From contig CAVQUB010000001.1 of the NCBI GenBank assembly GCA_963716725.1, forward strand, positions 192,001 through 256,000: a DNA stretch of 64,000 nt, given 5' to 3'. Position 1 is the first letter of the stretch. Every line of letters starts with the position of its first letter. The notes under the pieces are model-generated. The model did not search any database. It was not told the origin of the DNA and saw only the letters and a list, made by a program, of their open reading frames with translations. Below are positions 28,845 to 39,563 of this stretch, one piece after another. The translations under genes and the position numbers were made by a program. This DNA is from an uncultured delta proteobacterium (lineage in GTDB: Bacteria > Myxococcota_A > Polyangia > Polyangiales > Polyangiaceae).

Positions 28845-28859
28845 AGCAGCGCGACCGCG

Positions 28860-29582
28860 CTAGCAAGTCGGGCAACCGCAGGTCACGCCCTTGACCCCAG
28901 ACAGGTCATTGCACGTGTTGAAGTTCCCCGTGCAGACGCTCGGACCGAAGCAGGAGCAGCTGGCGTTGCCGCCGCAGGCCAGCGGCACGTCGACGCAGTG
29001 GTGCTTCGGTCCGGGTTTCGCGATGTAGGTCACGCAAGCTGATTGGGAGTCGCAGTCCGCGCAACCCGTGACGTCTTTGCACTCGGTGGTCGGCACGCAC
29101 GCACCAGTCCAGCAGCTGCCCTTCACCTGCGGAACCTCGCCGGCGGGGCATTTGGGCGGCATGCCCAAGCACACCACGCCGGTGGTGTTGCAGTCGAAGC
29201 CGACCACGCAGCGTCCGGCGATGCAGGAGACCTCGGTGGACGAGACGCCGAGCACGCCGCACTTCTTGGTGGTGCAACCCAGTTTGCAGATGCCCGGGTT
29301 CGCGGACTTGGGAATGCCCTCGCAGGAGCAGCAATCTTCGAAGACCTTGCAGTCGCTGGCTTCCTTGCACTCGGGCAGAGCCGCCACTCCGCCTCCTGTG
29401 CCTCCTGTGCCCCCAGTGCCTCCGGTGGTCGTGCCGCCTGTGCCTCCGGTAGTCGTGCCGCCAGTGCCTCCGGTGACGGAGCCTCCGGTGCTCGAGCCCC
29501 CGGTTCCGGTCCCGTCCTCGGATTCGCCCCCGCACGAAACCGCCAGCGTCGAAGCTACGATCAAGACAGCAAAGCCACGCAT
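28860..29582 (-). CDS. Cys-rich lipoprotein with Gly/Thr linker
   Basis: Lipobox AVSC, TGGT repeats, many Cys. Confidence 0.8.
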   Translation of the reverse strand: MRGFAVLIVASTLAVSCGGESEDGTGTGGSSTGGSVTGGTGGTTTGGTGGTTTGGTGGTGGTGGGVAALPECKEASDCKVFEDCCSCEGIPKSANPGICKLGCTTKKCGVLGVSSTEVSCIAGRCVVGFDCNTTGVVCLGMPPKCPAGEVPQVKGSCWTGACVPTTECKDVTGCADCDSQSACVTYIAKPGPKHHCVDVPLACGGNASCSCFGPSVCTGNFNTCNDLSGVKGVTCGCPTC

Positions 29583-29740
29583 CTCTGACCTCCCAATCCC
29601 TGAGCAATACGGGGAGCGCGCTCCGCCGGCAAGCGGAGCCCACGCAAACTGTCGGCGCGACGCGACCCGGAGCCCGCCTGACGCCGAGCGCCGAAGGGGC
29701 TACTATCGAGCTGTCCCGCGCGCTCGATGAGGAATGGACG

Positions 29741-31600
29741 TTGGCGGACGCCGATAACGACACAGTGGTCGCGGTCCCGTCGCCGAATGACTCGGCCGAC
29801 GACGCGCCGACCACGCTCTCGGGTCCATCTGTTTCGGCCTCCGGCGTCCGGGGCACCCAGGGCAGCGCGGTGCAAGAGCGCTCTGCCTCCGCTGCGTCCG
29901 TCGAGCTGGCCACCCGGGGCAGCGCCGTCATTCTGAGGCGCGAAGAGGCCGAGCGCATCATCGCGATGATGAAGGTCATCGGGCTGGTCGCCGCGCTGGC
30001 CGGCGTGACCCAGTGGATCCCGCGGGACCTGCCCTACCGAGGGGCCTGCAGCGTCGTCTACGCCTTCACGGTGGCCGTGACGCTGGGGCTCTTGTCGCGT
30101 TTTCGGGACCGCTCGCGCTACGATCACCGACTCGCGATGTTCCACGCGGGCTGCGCCGTCGCCAGCGTGCTCGCTGCCGCCGCGTCGGTCGGCGTCTTCT
30201 CCGGCACCATCGTCTCCGCCGCCCTGGGCATCTTCTTCTACGGATCGGGCGACGACAAGCGGCTCGGTTGGTTCGTCTACGCGACCGGCACGCTGGGCTA
30301 TGCCGCGCTCTTCGCGCTGACCATCGGCGGCGTCATGCCGCTCGACCGTGGCCTAGTCGCCATCGCCGAGCCCGACGTGTTGGGACTCGTGGTGCTCTCC
30401 CTCGAGCTTCAGGCCTTCTTGGCGTTCACGTTCTGGAGCGCACGTCGGGTCCGATCGGCCACCCGCGAGGCGTTTCTGCGACTCGAAGGCGCGGCCCGAC
30501 GCATCGAGCAGCGAGAGGCCCTGCTCGACGAGGCTCGCGCCGATTTGGATCGGGAGCAGGCGGCGCGCCTCGGGCGCTACACCGGGCAGTCCGTCGGCGA
30601 ATACATGGTCGACGAGGTGATCGGACGGGGCGCCATGGGCGACGTGTACGCGGCTCGGGCCGCAGACGGCTCGCCCGCCGCGCTCAAGTTCTTGAATCCG
30701 AATCAGTTGACGGAGCCGGGCGCGCTCCAGCGCTTTCTGCGCGAAGCGGAGATCGCTGGGACGCTGAAGTCACCGCACGTGACCCGCCTCTTTGGGACGG
30801 GCGAGGCCAGCGACGGCGCGCCCTATCTGGCCATGGAGCTCTTGGTCGGTGAAGACTTGGGCAAGCGCCTGCGCAAGAAGAAGCGAATGAGCGCCCGTGA
30901 CGCCGCGAAATTGGTCAGAGAGGTCGCCGAAGCCTTGGAGGTGGCTCGGGAGCGCGGCGTGGTGCACCGAGACATCAAGCCGCAGAATCTGTTCCTGGCC
31001 AGCGAGGGCGGGCGCAGGCGCTGGAAGGTCTTGGACTTCGGGGTGTCCAAGATCCGTGAGAGCCACGCCACCCTGACGCAGGGCGCGGCGATCGGCACCC
31101 CGAGCTACATGTCGCCGGAGCAGGCCCGGGGCAAGGACCTCGACCATCGCTCCGATGTCTTCGCGCTGGGCGTGGTCGCGTACCGCATGCTCACTGGACG
31201 TCCCGCGTTCACCGGAGCGGACAGCGCGATCACGCTCTACAACGTGATCTACAAACAGCCCGAGCGCCCCTCGGAGGTGGTGAGGCTCGGGCCGGACGTC
31301 GAGCGGGTGCTCGCGCTCACTTTGGCCAAGGACCGGGAGCAACGGCCGGCGACCGCGCGGCTGTTCGCCAGAGCGCTCGCCGACGCGCTTGGTGGCAACT
31401 TGGAGCCCAAGCTGCGCGAGGCCGCGGATCGGTTGATCGCCAAGCAGCCCTGGGGCGAGGAGATCCGACACCCGAAGCGCCCGAGTCGAGGCGTCGCCGG
31501 CTCAGCGCTTCCCGTGGGCGACCTTCACGACCCGCAGCGTGCGCTTCTGGAGGAAAGGCTGCTCTCCGGTGCGGATGCGCACGGTGGCCGGCGTCCGTGA
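29741..31600 (+). CDS. Membrane-anchored Ser/Thr protein kinase
   Basis: N-terminal TM bundle; IGRGAMGDVY, ALK, HRDIKPQN, DFG, GTPSYMSPEQ. Start uncertain. Confidence 0.92.
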   Translation: MADADNDTVVAVPSPNDSADDAPTTLSGPSVSASGVRGTQGSAVQERSASAASVELATRGSAVILRREEAERIIAMMKVIGLVAALAGVTQWIPRDLPYRGACSVVYAFTVAVTLGLLSRFRDRSRYDHRLAMFHAGCAVASVLAAAASVGVFSGTIVSAALGIFFYGSGDDKRLGWFVYATGTLGYAALFALTIGGVMPLDRGLVAIAEPDVLGLVVLSLELQAFLAFTFWSARRVRSATREAFLRLEGAARRIEQREALLDEARADLDREQAARLGRYTGQSVGEYMVDEVIGRGAMGDVYAARAADGSPAALKFLNPNQLTEPGALQRFLREAEIAGTLKSPHVTRLFGTGEASDGAPYLAMELLVGEDLGKRLRKKKRMSARDAAKLVREVAEALEVARERGVVHRDIKPQNLFLASEGGRRRWKVLDFGVSKIRESHATLTQGAAIGTPSYMSPEQARGKDLDHRSDVFALGVVAYRMLTGRPAFTGADSAITLYNVIYKQPERPSEVVRLGPDVERVLALTLAKDREQRPATARLFARALADALGGNLEPKLREAADRLIAKQPWGEEIRHPKRPSRGVAGSALPVGDLHDPQRALLEERLLSGADAHGGRRP

Positions 31601-32620
31601 GACCGCCCGCCCCACGAAAGCGTCGAGATCCCACTCTTCACCGGCCTCGGTGGCGTCGTAGCGGGCGTGCACCAGGTACAGGCCCGGGCTGCCGAAGGTG
31701 CCCGTCGGGCAGAGCTCGATCAACCGGCTCACGACCGAGATCGAGCCGCCGGGACGGAGCCGGGTGAAGGCTTGTCGATCTGGGGCCCGGGTGTCCGGCT
31801 GGGGGTCGCAGGTCATCAGGCCATCCGGGCGCATCACCTCGAACTTCACCAGCTCGCGGCGAAAGTAGACGGTCTCGGTGCGTTTGCCGCGGTTCTGAAG
31901 GGTGAGCTTCACCGTGGCGGTCCGCTCCGCGTGGGCGTCGGAGCCTTGCACCATGCGCAAGACGAGGGGGCTCTCGTCGCTCGCCTTCCGGTCGGCGGCG
32001 ATGCGGGTTCGCGACCACTCTTGGTAGTCGCTCTTGAGCGCGAAGGTCTCGCCCTGGAGCTCTTTGATTCCTCCCTCGTCGCTGGGCTTCCGAGCGCCCT
32101 TTTCGGGAGCCCGGAGCACGGCAAAGGGAGGCTCTTGCGCGTTGGTTTGCTCAACGCGCTTGCCGGCGCGCCACACCGTCTTCTTCTTCTCGGGCCAGCC
32201 AAAGTGCGGGGTCACCAGCGCGCCCGGCACGAGTTGCCACTGACCTCCGGCCGCGAAGCAGTAGAGCCTCGGATCGAAGTGTTGTTCGACGCCCTCTCCC
32301 GGTTCGAGCACGAGCAGCGTGCGCTTGTCGGCGCGCTTCGGGAAGAGCTCGCCGGGCAGGCTGCAGGTCTCGGCCTTCTTCTTGCTGGGAGCGAGGACCT
32401 CCAGCCGCAAGAGGCGAGGATCGGCGCTCAGGACGGCGGGCACGCTGCCGGTGTTCACGATGCTGAGCGACCACGGCCGGCTCGGTCCCCGCTCGCTGAC
32501 CCTGAGCGTGAGCCCCGGCGAAGCTGGAGCGCCATCGGTGGTTTTTGCCTGCTCTTCGGCCGCAGCGACGCTGGCAACGAAGAGCGAAGCCAGGCACAGC
32601 AGCGAGACGCGACGGGACAT
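31502..32620 (-). CDS. Exported hypothetical protein
   Basis: Signal peptide (..VASVAAA-EE); two similar beta-rich halves. Confidence 0.75.
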   Translation of the reverse strand: MSRRVSLLCLASLFVASVAAAEEQAKTTDGAPASPGLTLRVSERGPSRPWSLSIVNTGSVPAVLSADPRLLRLEVLAPSKKKAETCSLPGELFPKRADKRTLLVLEPGEGVEQHFDPRLYCFAAGGQWQLVPGALVTPHFGWPEKKKTVWRAGKRVEQTNAQEPPFAVLRAPEKGARKPSDEGGIKELQGETFALKSDYQEWSRTRIAADRKASDESPLVLRMVQGSDAHAERTATVKLTLQNRGKRTETVYFRRELVKFEVMRPDGLMTCDPQPDTRAPDRQAFTRLRPGGSISVVSRLIELCPTGTFGSPGLYLVHARYDATEAGEEWDLDAFVGRAVSRTPATVRIRTGEQPFLQKRTLRVVKVAHGKR

Positions 32621-32680
32621 CGATCCTGGGTTACCAAAGCCGGGCCGCGCCGCCAACCCGGAGCTATGCTGCCGCCGGTC

Positions 32681-33325
32681 ATGCGCGGGCTTTACGCCAT
32701 CATCGACACCGACGGCAGCGGGCGGCGCGGCATCGAGGTCGTGGATTTCGCCCGAGCCGTGATCCGGGCCCGACCGGCGCTAGTGCAGCTTCGGGCCAAG
32801 CACCTGCGTGCCCGTGACACCCTGGAGCTGCTGCGGTCGCTGCGCGTCGTGTGCAGCGAGGTCGGCGTTCCGCTCTTCGCCAACGATAGACCGGATCTCG
32901 CGCTGCTCGCCGGATGCGACGGCGTGCACGTCGGTCAAAGCGATCTCGAGGTCGCCGACCTGCGCTCGGCGTTTCCGTCGCTGAAGGTCGGCGTCTCGTC
33001 GCACAACCTCGAAGAGGTCGAGGCCGCGCTGGCGTCGCGCCCGGACTACGTGGCCTTCGGTCCGGTGTTTGCCACCGGCTCGAAGCAAGATCCCGATCCC
33101 GTGGTCGGGCTCGAGGCACTCGCCTGGGTGGCTGCGCGAGTGCACGGCGCCGGCTTGCCGCTGGTGGCCATTGGGGGGATCGACTTGGAGCGCGCGGCGC
33201 TGGTGGCGAACCACGCCGAGCTCGGTGCGGTCATCGGCGCGCTCTTGCCGAACGCCGGCGAGTCGCTCGGAGACGTGACCGACCGCGTGCGCGCGTTGCA
33301 CAGCCGGCTTGGAGGAACGACGTGA
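32681..33325 (+). CDS. thiE: Thiamine-phosphate synthase
   Basis: LYAIID, VQLRAK, NDRPDLA, GVHVGQSD, GVSSH, DYVAFGPVFATGSK, VAIGGI. Confidence 0.93.
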   Translation: MRGLYAIIDTDGSGRRGIEVVDFARAVIRARPALVQLRAKHLRARDTLELLRSLRVVCSEVGVPLFANDRPDLALLAGCDGVHVGQSDLEVADLRSAFPSLKVGVSSHNLEEVEAALASRPDYVAFGPVFATGSKQDPDPVVGLEALAWVAARVHGAGLPLVAIGGIDLERAALVANHAELGAVIGALLPNAGESLGDVTDRVRALHSRLGGTT

Positions 33326-33912
33326 GCTTGATTGTCGCCGCGCTCGCCATCGGAGGTAGCGCGCTGATCGCCGGCCTGGCCACGCGCTACGCCGTGAAAC
33401 GGAGGGTGCAACCCGTGGCCCCACCACCGGTGCTGCCGAGTCCTCCGTCGCCGCTCGCACGCGCCGGTTTCGAGATCGAGCTCGGAGACGTGATCGAAGT
33501 GCTCGGTCGCGAGCTGTGGCTCGAAGAGGCCTGGCTGCTCACCGAGGGCCGAGAGCCCGTGGCGGCGCTGTTTGGCGCCCGGGAGGCGAGCCTGCTGGTG
33601 CTGCCTCCGCCCGCCGGCACGCTCTACCTGCTCGACGTGGTGGAGATCGACTTGCCCGAGGAGCCGCCGAGCAGCATCGAATCGCGCGGCGTCCGCTTCG
33701 AGCGGGTGCGGCGCTTGCCCGTCGAGGTCGCTGCCGTCGGCAAGTCGGCGCCCCTGCCGTGGACCGACGGGCTGCTCTCGGAGTACCGCGGGCTCGAGAG
33801 CGAGGCGCTCTGGGTCCTTGGGCGGGGAGCGCGATGCCGGATCTGGCAAGGTCGGATCGCCCAAGGTTCCGACGTGGTGCGCTGGGGCGGCGGACAGAAG
33901 ACCCTGGAGTAG
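33322..33912 (+). CDS. Hypothetical protein with N-terminal TM segment
   Basis: GTGA overlap with thiE and GGAGG RBS. Confidence 0.7.
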   Translation: MSLIVAALAIGGSALIAGLATRYAVKRRVQPVAPPPVLPSPPSPLARAGFEIELGDVIEVLGRELWLEEAWLLTEGREPVAALFGAREASLLVLPPPAGTLYLLDVVEIDLPEEPPSSIESRGVRFERVRRLPVEVAAVGKSAPLPWTDGLLSEYRGLESEALWVLGRGARCRIWQGRIAQGSDVVRWGGGQKTLE

Positions 33913-33913
33913 C

Positions 33914-34888
33914 TCAGGCTCTGCGCAACCTCGCCACCATCGCTTCGAGGGCCAGCGCCGGCTGCACGTTGCGCTCGATCTCCGCGAGCGTGCGCAGCAC
34001 GACGGCGTGACGATGGGCCGCGCGTTCGGCGCGCGGAGGGTCGGAGGTGATGGCCCCGCGGGCGTCGTCCGCCAGAGCTTGGGCGAAGAAGCCGAGTTGC
34101 TCGCGGATCCCGTCGCGACCCTCGGCCCGAAACTGTCCGAGCGCGATGGCCTCTGCCAGATCGGGCGCTTCGAGGGCGGCGCGCGCGGCGCTGACGAACT
34201 CGTCGCGCTCGCGCATCGCCTCGGGATCTGCCAGCTCGAAGGCGAGCTCCGCGCTGCCGTGCGCCAGCGGAGCGACGTCCGTCGCCAACCCGCGGGCCTC
34301 GAGCAACTGGTTCACGATCGCGTCGGAGAGCGGCGCAAAACGCACGGCCAGCGTTCGCGAACGCACGGTGTCGAGCAGGCGCCGCGGTCGGCTCGTGAGC
34401 AGCACGAAGTGGGTGCGGTCGGCGGGCTCTTCCAGGGTCTTGAGCAGGGCGTTTGCGGCTTGCTGCGTCAACTCGTCGGCGTTTCGCACGATGAAGACCA
34501 GACCGCGACCCTCGTGGGCCCGATAGCCGGCGCGACTCAGCACCAGCTTCCGGATCTGCTCCACGCTGATGCCGGTGGCCTCGCTCACCCCGCTGCCGAG
34601 CAGCGAACCGTACAGCCCGCGGCCCAAGAGCACGACGTCAGGGTGGGACGGAACGCGGGGATCTTCCGCTGCCAAGGTGACGGCCCGCTGACAAGCCGAG
34701 CACTTTTCGCAGCCGACCGGCGTCGGCGCCTCGCACACCAAGGCCTGCGCCAGAGCGAAGGCCGCGAGCTCTTTGCCGACGCCCGGCGGTCCCTCGAAGC
34801 GATACGCGTGGTGGAGCTTTCCGGCCGCGAGGGCCCGCGTCAGGGTCTCGACCGCGGTCGGCTGTCCGAGGATGGAAGAGAAACCCAT
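33914..34888 (-). CDS. holB: DNA polymerase III delta' subunit
   Basis: HAYRFEGPPGVGK, C..C..C Zn site, HPD, AANALLKTLEEP, TVRSR. Confidence 0.92.
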   Translation of the reverse strand: MGFSSILGQPTAVETLTRALAAGKLHHAYRFEGPPGVGKELAAFALAQALVCEAPTPVGCEKCSACQRAVTLAAEDPRVPSHPDVVLLGRGLYGSLLGSGVSEATGISVEQIRKLVLSRAGYRAHEGRGLVFIVRNADELTQQAANALLKTLEEPADRTHFVLLTSRPRRLLDTVRSRTLAVRFAPLSDAIVNQLLEARGLATDVAPLAHGSAELAFELADPEAMRERDEFVSAARAALEAPDLAEAIALGQFRAEGRDGIREQLGFFAQALADDARGAITSDPPRAERAAHRHAVVLRTLAEIERNVQPALALEAMVARLRRA

Positions 34889-34937
34889 GCCAGGTGCGGC
34901 AGCTAAGCAGGCTCGGGGCGCGGCGACAACGCAGCGC

Positions 34938-35996
34938 TCACTCGCCGTTTCCCCACGAGAGAGCGCCGCTTTCGACGATCCCGGGCCAGCTGTCGACGTA
35001 GCGCGACGGCGTTCCGGGTTCCGAAACGTCGATCCAGACGGCGTGGCCCGTGCCCGGAGGTCGGACGTCCACGTGGACGAATTTGTTGTTGGGGTAGAAG
35101 CCGCATCCGACGTCCTTCAACGTGCGGCAGACCCGCACCAGCGCGTCGTTCGAGACCCCCATCACGAACAGGTCGAGGGCGCGTCCCTTGCGGTGAAAAC
35201 TCTCGTGGCCGTCGCGCCGGTAGCCGCTGATCAGGTAGATGGCGCGGCCGGGGAAGGCCTCCGAGATGCGCGCGACGACCCAGAGCAGCCGCGGGTCCAG
35301 CAGGCGCACGTTGGGCACCCACTCTCCAATCAGCTCGCTCTCGGGGAGGGGCTCGAGGGGCAGCGGCAACTCCGGGCGGTCGGCTCCCGCCGGGCGGGCG
35401 ACCACGCTGAGACGGTCGAGGGCATCGATTGCGACGGAGCCATCACACTCGAGCACGCGGAACGAGTCGCGCTCGCCTCCGTAGCGCGCGAGCGTGACGG
35501 TGTACGGTCGCTCCCAAGCCTTGCAGCGCGGCGTGCGCGTCGCGCTCACGAAGGAAGCGTCCACCCGCGGCGGCGCTCCGAGCAGCCACGAGGGCAACAG
35601 CTCCGCGGTGCCGAGTTCGGGTCGGACCATCTCCCGGGGCGGCGTCATCACCAGCTCGAGCTCGGTGGGCGCGCTGCGGCTGGGCTGCCACGCGCTCAGC
35701 GTCCACTCGAGACGTGGCGGCGTGGTCCAGCTCGCGGGTCCGAAGCGACCTCCATAGAAGCTACGCCACTCACCCTGGCGCTCGACCCACGGCTCGTCGA
35801 AACGGCGGAGCAAGGCCAGGTCGCCCTGGGACGACAGCCGAACGTCGCCGAGGTTGCCCCACGGTCCATCGCCCAGCGCCGCCAGCGGCGTCGACTTGGC
35901 TGGCCGCTGGGGGATCGGAAATGCCCCTGCGGTCGCTGCGCACGTCAGCGCGACGACCGAGCTCCGGAGCAGCGACAGCTTCACTCCCACGAACAT
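34938..35996 (-). CDS. YcbK/DUF882 (peptidase M15-like) protein
   Basis: LISGYR, SFHRKGRALDL, GFYPNNKFVHVDVR. Confidence 0.82.
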   Translation of the reverse strand: MFVGVKLSLLRSSVVALTCAATAGAFPIPQRPAKSTPLAALGDGPWGNLGDVRLSSQGDLALLRRFDEPWVERQGEWRSFYGGRFGPASWTTPPRLEWTLSAWQPSRSAPTELELVMTPPREMVRPELGTAELLPSWLLGAPPRVDASFVSATRTPRCKAWERPYTVTLARYGGERDSFRVLECDGSVAIDALDRLSVVARPAGADRPELPLPLEPLPESELIGEWVPNVRLLDPRLLWVVARISEAFPGRAIYLISGYRRDGHESFHRKGRALDLFVMGVSNDALVRVCRTLKDVGCGFYPNNKFVHVDVRPPGTGHAVWIDVSEPGTPSRYVDSWPGIVESGALSWGNGE

Positions 35997-36033
35997 GCCT
36001 CGGTCCGGGGCGGTTTTCAAATTAGGTGACGCC

Positions 36034-36717
36034 TCAGCTCTTCAGGGCCTGGGTCTCCATCGCCTTCATGCCCAGCCGTAGGAGATAGAGGAAGGTCTGG
36101 AAGGCCTCCTCGGTCTTGGCGTTGTCTTCGCCCTCGAGCTCCTGGGCCACGACCAGCCCGTTGAGAACTCCCAGGATCAGCACCGAGAGCGCTTCCATGG
36201 GTGGGAAGTCCTTGGCCTTGATCCCCAGCACGTCGGCGACTCCGTCGCTGATCAGGTCGCGGGCGTCGCGTTGGAGCGTCGCGGCGCGCTTCTTGAGCTC
36301 CGGATCCCGGCGCGCGGCAGCCCAGACCTCGATGTTGAGGCCGACGATGGTCCGGTTCTCCTGCATCGAGCCCCACAGCGACGTCAGCGCGCTGATCATT
36401 CGCTGTTTCGAGCCCTCTTCGCCGGCACTGAGCGAGCCCCGCACCTTCTCGAGGTAGCGCTTCTGCGTGAAGCTCTGGACCTCGTGGATCAAGGCGTTCT
36501 TGCTCGCAAAATAGTAGTGGACGATGCTCTTCCGGAGGCCAAGCTCCCGGCCGATCTCGGCCAGGGTCGTCGAGCTGAACCCCTTTCGGGCGAAGCAGGT
36601 GGCAGCGGCGGCCAGGATGGCCGCGACGCGCGGGTTCTCCCAATCGACGGGGCGGGTCGCGGCGCCATTGCCGCCGTTGGTGGACTCGGAATGCGTCAGG
36701 GTTTCTGCGGAAGTCAT
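36034..36717 (-). CDS. TetR family regulator
   Basis: ILAAAATCFARKGF..TTLAEIG.ELG....VHYYFASK. Confidence 0.9.
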   Translation of the reverse strand: MTSAETLTHSESTNGGNGAATRPVDWENPRVAAILAAAATCFARKGFSSTTLAEIGRELGLRKSIVHYYFASKNALIHEVQSFTQKRYLEKVRGSLSAGEEGSKQRMISALTSLWGSMQENRTIVGLNIEVWAAARRDPELKKRAATLQRDARDLISDGVADVLGIKAKDFPPMEALSVLILGVLNGLVVAQELEGEDNAKTEEAFQTFLYLLRLGMKAMETQALKS

Positions 36718-36838
36718 ATTCGTCGTGAGGTCCGTTTCTAAACGGAACCTCGCCCTCCGGTCCGGCTTATTGGCCAAAGGCGCCACCCGAGTCAAGGCCC
36801 GCCGGCCGAATCGGCGGAGCCTCTGAAATGTCCGGCGT

Positions 36839-37423
36839 TTAGCCCCGGGCCCCGTAGCGCCGGCGCAGCGCGGCGCGGAACTCCCAAGCCGGGGCGATCA
36901 GCAGATCGGGCGGGTAGCCCAGGTGGGCCACCGCCAGGGCCTTGGCTCCGGCGACGTGCTCGAAGGCGGCGTCCACGCTGCTGCCGAGCTCGCACAGGTG
37001 GGCGGCGATGACGCTCACGCTGCGGCTCATGCCCGCGGCGCAGTGTACCAAGACGTTCCCGTGCAGCATCCGGCGCTGGATGAAGGGCAGGGTGACGCCG
37101 AGGGCGCCTTCGAACTCCGTCTCGCCGTGGCCGCCGTCCATGATGGGCAAATGCAGCCACTCGGTCTCGGCGCGCTTCGGGCCGGAGAACTCGACGCTCG
37201 GGTACAAGGGCATGGGGCAGAGGGAGACGACGCCCGAGAAGGGCGCGCAGCTGCCCTCGGGATCGGTCGGGTGCTCGGCGCCGTTCAAGGCGGTCAGGCC
37301 AGACTCGTGATCACCCAGGAACAATCGATGCTCGATGCGCCACACGACCGGCAAGGGTGCCACGGAAACGCCTGGCGCGACAGCTCGGCCCGGAGCCGGC
37401 GTGATCGCCCGCGCCGAGCTCAC
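36839..37423 (-). CDS. Dual-specificity protein phosphatase
   Basis: VLVHCAAGMSRS (CX5R). Confidence 0.85.
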   Translation of the reverse strand: MSSARAITPAPGRAVAPGVSVAPLPVVWRIEHRLFLGDHESGLTALNGAEHPTDPEGSCAPFSGVVSLCPMPLYPSVEFSGPKRAETEWLHLPIMDGGHGETEFEGALGVTLPFIQRRMLHGNVLVHCAAGMSRSVSVIAAHLCELGSSVDAAFEHVAGAKALAVAHLGYPPDLLIAPAWEFRAALRRRYGARG

Positions 37424-37839
37424 TTCTTGGGCGCAGCCGGCGGCGGCGGAGCGGCGGGCTTGGCCACCGGAGGCTTGGCCAACGGAGGCTTGGCCAACGG
37501 TGGTTTCGCTGGAGGAACGGGCGCGGCGCCGGGCTTTGCAGGAGCTGCGGCGCCGGGCTTCGCAGGAGTCGCGCCGGGCTTCGTGGGAGCGGGTGCGGGC
37601 GCAGGGTCGACCTTGGGTTCTTCGGCTGAAGGCTTGTCCTCGGCGTCGCCGCCCTCGTCACCTTTCGCGTCAGTCGCAGCCGCCGGCGTGCTCTTGGTGT
37701 CCTCTTCCTCTTGGTGAAATCCCTCCTCGGGCACCGGCTTGAACACCGGCGCGACGGGGGGAACGCTCGCGACTTCTGGACCGCCGCACGCAGCGACGAC
37801 GAGGAGGACCGGCAACGACGACCAACTGAGATGGCGCAT
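37420..37839 (-). CDS. Pro/Ala/Lys-rich lipoprotein
   Basis: Lipobox VAAC; AKPG and AKPP repeats. Confidence 0.7.
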   Translation of the reverse strand: MRHLSWSSLPVLLVVAACGGPEVASVPPVAPVFKPVPEEGFHQEEEDTKSTPAAATDAKGDEGGDAEDKPSAEEPKVDPAPAPAPTKPGATPAKPGAAAPAKPGAAPVPPAKPPLAKPPLAKPPVAKPAAPPPPAAPKK

Positions 37840-37884
37840 GCCGGGGAGCCTAGAGCATTTCGTTTGCGGGATCACGGGGTCGCG

Positions 37885-39522
37885 TCACCCCTTGGGACGC
37901 TTCTTCTTGTCGGGCTTGTCGGGCTTGTCGGGCTTCTTGCCGGGCCGGTCGTCGGCCTCCTCGGCCTTCCGCGACGCTTCGTCGAACCAGGGCATTCCCG
38001 CCTTCTGGGTCCAGCGGGCCTCACCGAACTGTCCGGGCTCGCGGCTCTCGGACATGTCGCGCCCCGTCGACTCGCCGTCGTTCGCGCCGACGTCCACGCC
38101 CTGGGTCATCACCAGGAGCTCGTCGGCCAGGTACTCCGGGTGCCCGTCGTGGGTGAGCTTCACGCTGTCCGCCGCCATGGCACCCCGCCCCACCTTCACG
38201 ATCTGCGTCGTGGGCGGGTACACGTCGTTCCATCGCTCGCGCACGGCGTGCTCGCCGTCGCGTACGATGCGGTATCGGTGCAGCTTGAAGCCAGCGACGC
38301 CGCGCTGCGACAGCACGCGCACGCCGTCTGGGAGGTTCGGATCGTCGCGCTCGACCTCGTCGTAGGGGATGGCGCTGTCCACGCGCCGGATCAGCGTCAC
38401 CGTTCGCACGCGGGCGGGCCCGAGCACCTCCGCGCGCACCACTCCGTTTTTCACCGTCTGGTGGAGCACGACCGGGAAATCGAAGCCGTTCCTCACGCGG
38501 AAGTTGATGGTCGGGTACACCACCGTCGCGTCGAGTCCCATCTTGATGTACGAGCTCGGTCGCGTGTGGGGATAACGCTCGACGATCTCGAGGCCGGCGA
38601 AGAAAGCAGCGCCGTGCAGCGTGCCCGAGATCTGGCAGGTGCCGCCGCCGATGCCGTCGACCAACTCGCCCTCGGCGATCACGGGCGCGACCTTGTAGCC
38701 GTTGGCTTCGTCGCGCGCCCCCACGACCTCGTTGAAGTCGAAGGTCTCGCCGGGCAAGAGCACCGTGCCGTCGAGCTTGCTGGCCGCGAGGCGCAGGTTG
38801 AAGGTGCGGGCCTGGTAGCGGTCCCCGCGGTTGTACTTGGTGTCGAACCAGCCGATCACGGCGTCGAATTTCACGCCGCCAAGCTCCGCCGCCAAGCGCC
38901 TGGGTGGGCGTGCTTCGAACACCGCCTCCGCCGTGGTCTGCCCCGAACTCGCGGCCGCGCGCAGCGCTGCCAGCGTCGCGTCGACGTCCAGGAGGCGACC
39001 GCTGACCTCGGGCACCAGCGAGCGCTTCTCGAGATCGAGGCGCGCGTCCACGGGCAGCCGGTCGAGCTCGTCCTTGAGGCGTAGCAAGACAGCGACCGTT
39101 GCGTCGGTGTCGAGCGCCAAGGGCACGGGCAGCACCACGTCGCCCTTCGAGCCGCGTCGCGCCATGCGCAGGGGGCTGGTGGCGTCGCGGCAGTCCCGGA
39201 CCAGCTGCGAGAGCCGAACCTTGTCGATCTCGGCGCCCAGACGGCCGAGCTGGAGCTCGCGCTTCTGCCCGCCCCCCACGTCGAGCACGAGCTTCTGGGC
39301 GGCGAAGCGGCGTACCCGATCCAGGGCGCGTTTGGGCGCGTCGTCGTCCAAGCTCAGCGCTTCGCCGAGCAGCAGCACCTTGGGCGGCGGCTCTTTCGGA
39401 TCTCCCGGGGTCGGGGCCCGGGGCACCAGCAGAAGCCCGATGCCGAGGCCCGCCACGACCGCCACCGCGAGCATCAGCGCGCCGCGCGACCGATTGAGCG
39501 AGACCGGGTGCACCAACCGCAT
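37885..39522 (-). CDS. VanW family protein
   Basis: PGETFDFNEVVG.R, GIGGGTCQISGTL, ERYPH, GLDATV. Confidence 0.9.
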   Translation of the reverse strand: MRLVHPVSLNRSRGALMLAVAVVAGLGIGLLLVPRAPTPGDPKEPPPKVLLLGEALSLDDDAPKRALDRVRRFAAQKLVLDVGGGQKRELQLGRLGAEIDKVRLSQLVRDCRDATSPLRMARRGSKGDVVLPVPLALDTDATVAVLLRLKDELDRLPVDARLDLEKRSLVPEVSGRLLDVDATLAALRAAASSGQTTAEAVFEARPPRRLAAELGGVKFDAVIGWFDTKYNRGDRYQARTFNLRLAASKLDGTVLLPGETFDFNEVVGARDEANGYKVAPVIAEGELVDGIGGGTCQISGTLHGAAFFAGLEIVERYPHTRPSSYIKMGLDATVVYPTINFRVRNGFDFPVVLHQTVKNGVVRAEVLGPARVRTVTLIRRVDSAIPYDEVERDDPNLPDGVRVLSQRGVAGFKLHRYRIVRDGEHAVRERWNDVYPPTTQIVKVGRGAMAADSVKLTHDGHPEYLADELLVMTQGVDVGANDGESTGRDMSESREPGQFGEARWTQKAGMPWFDEASRKAEEADDRPGKKPDKPDKPDKKKRPKG

Positions 39523-39563
39523 GCCGCGGCGCTAATATCACGAGCGAGCCAGTCCGGCACGCC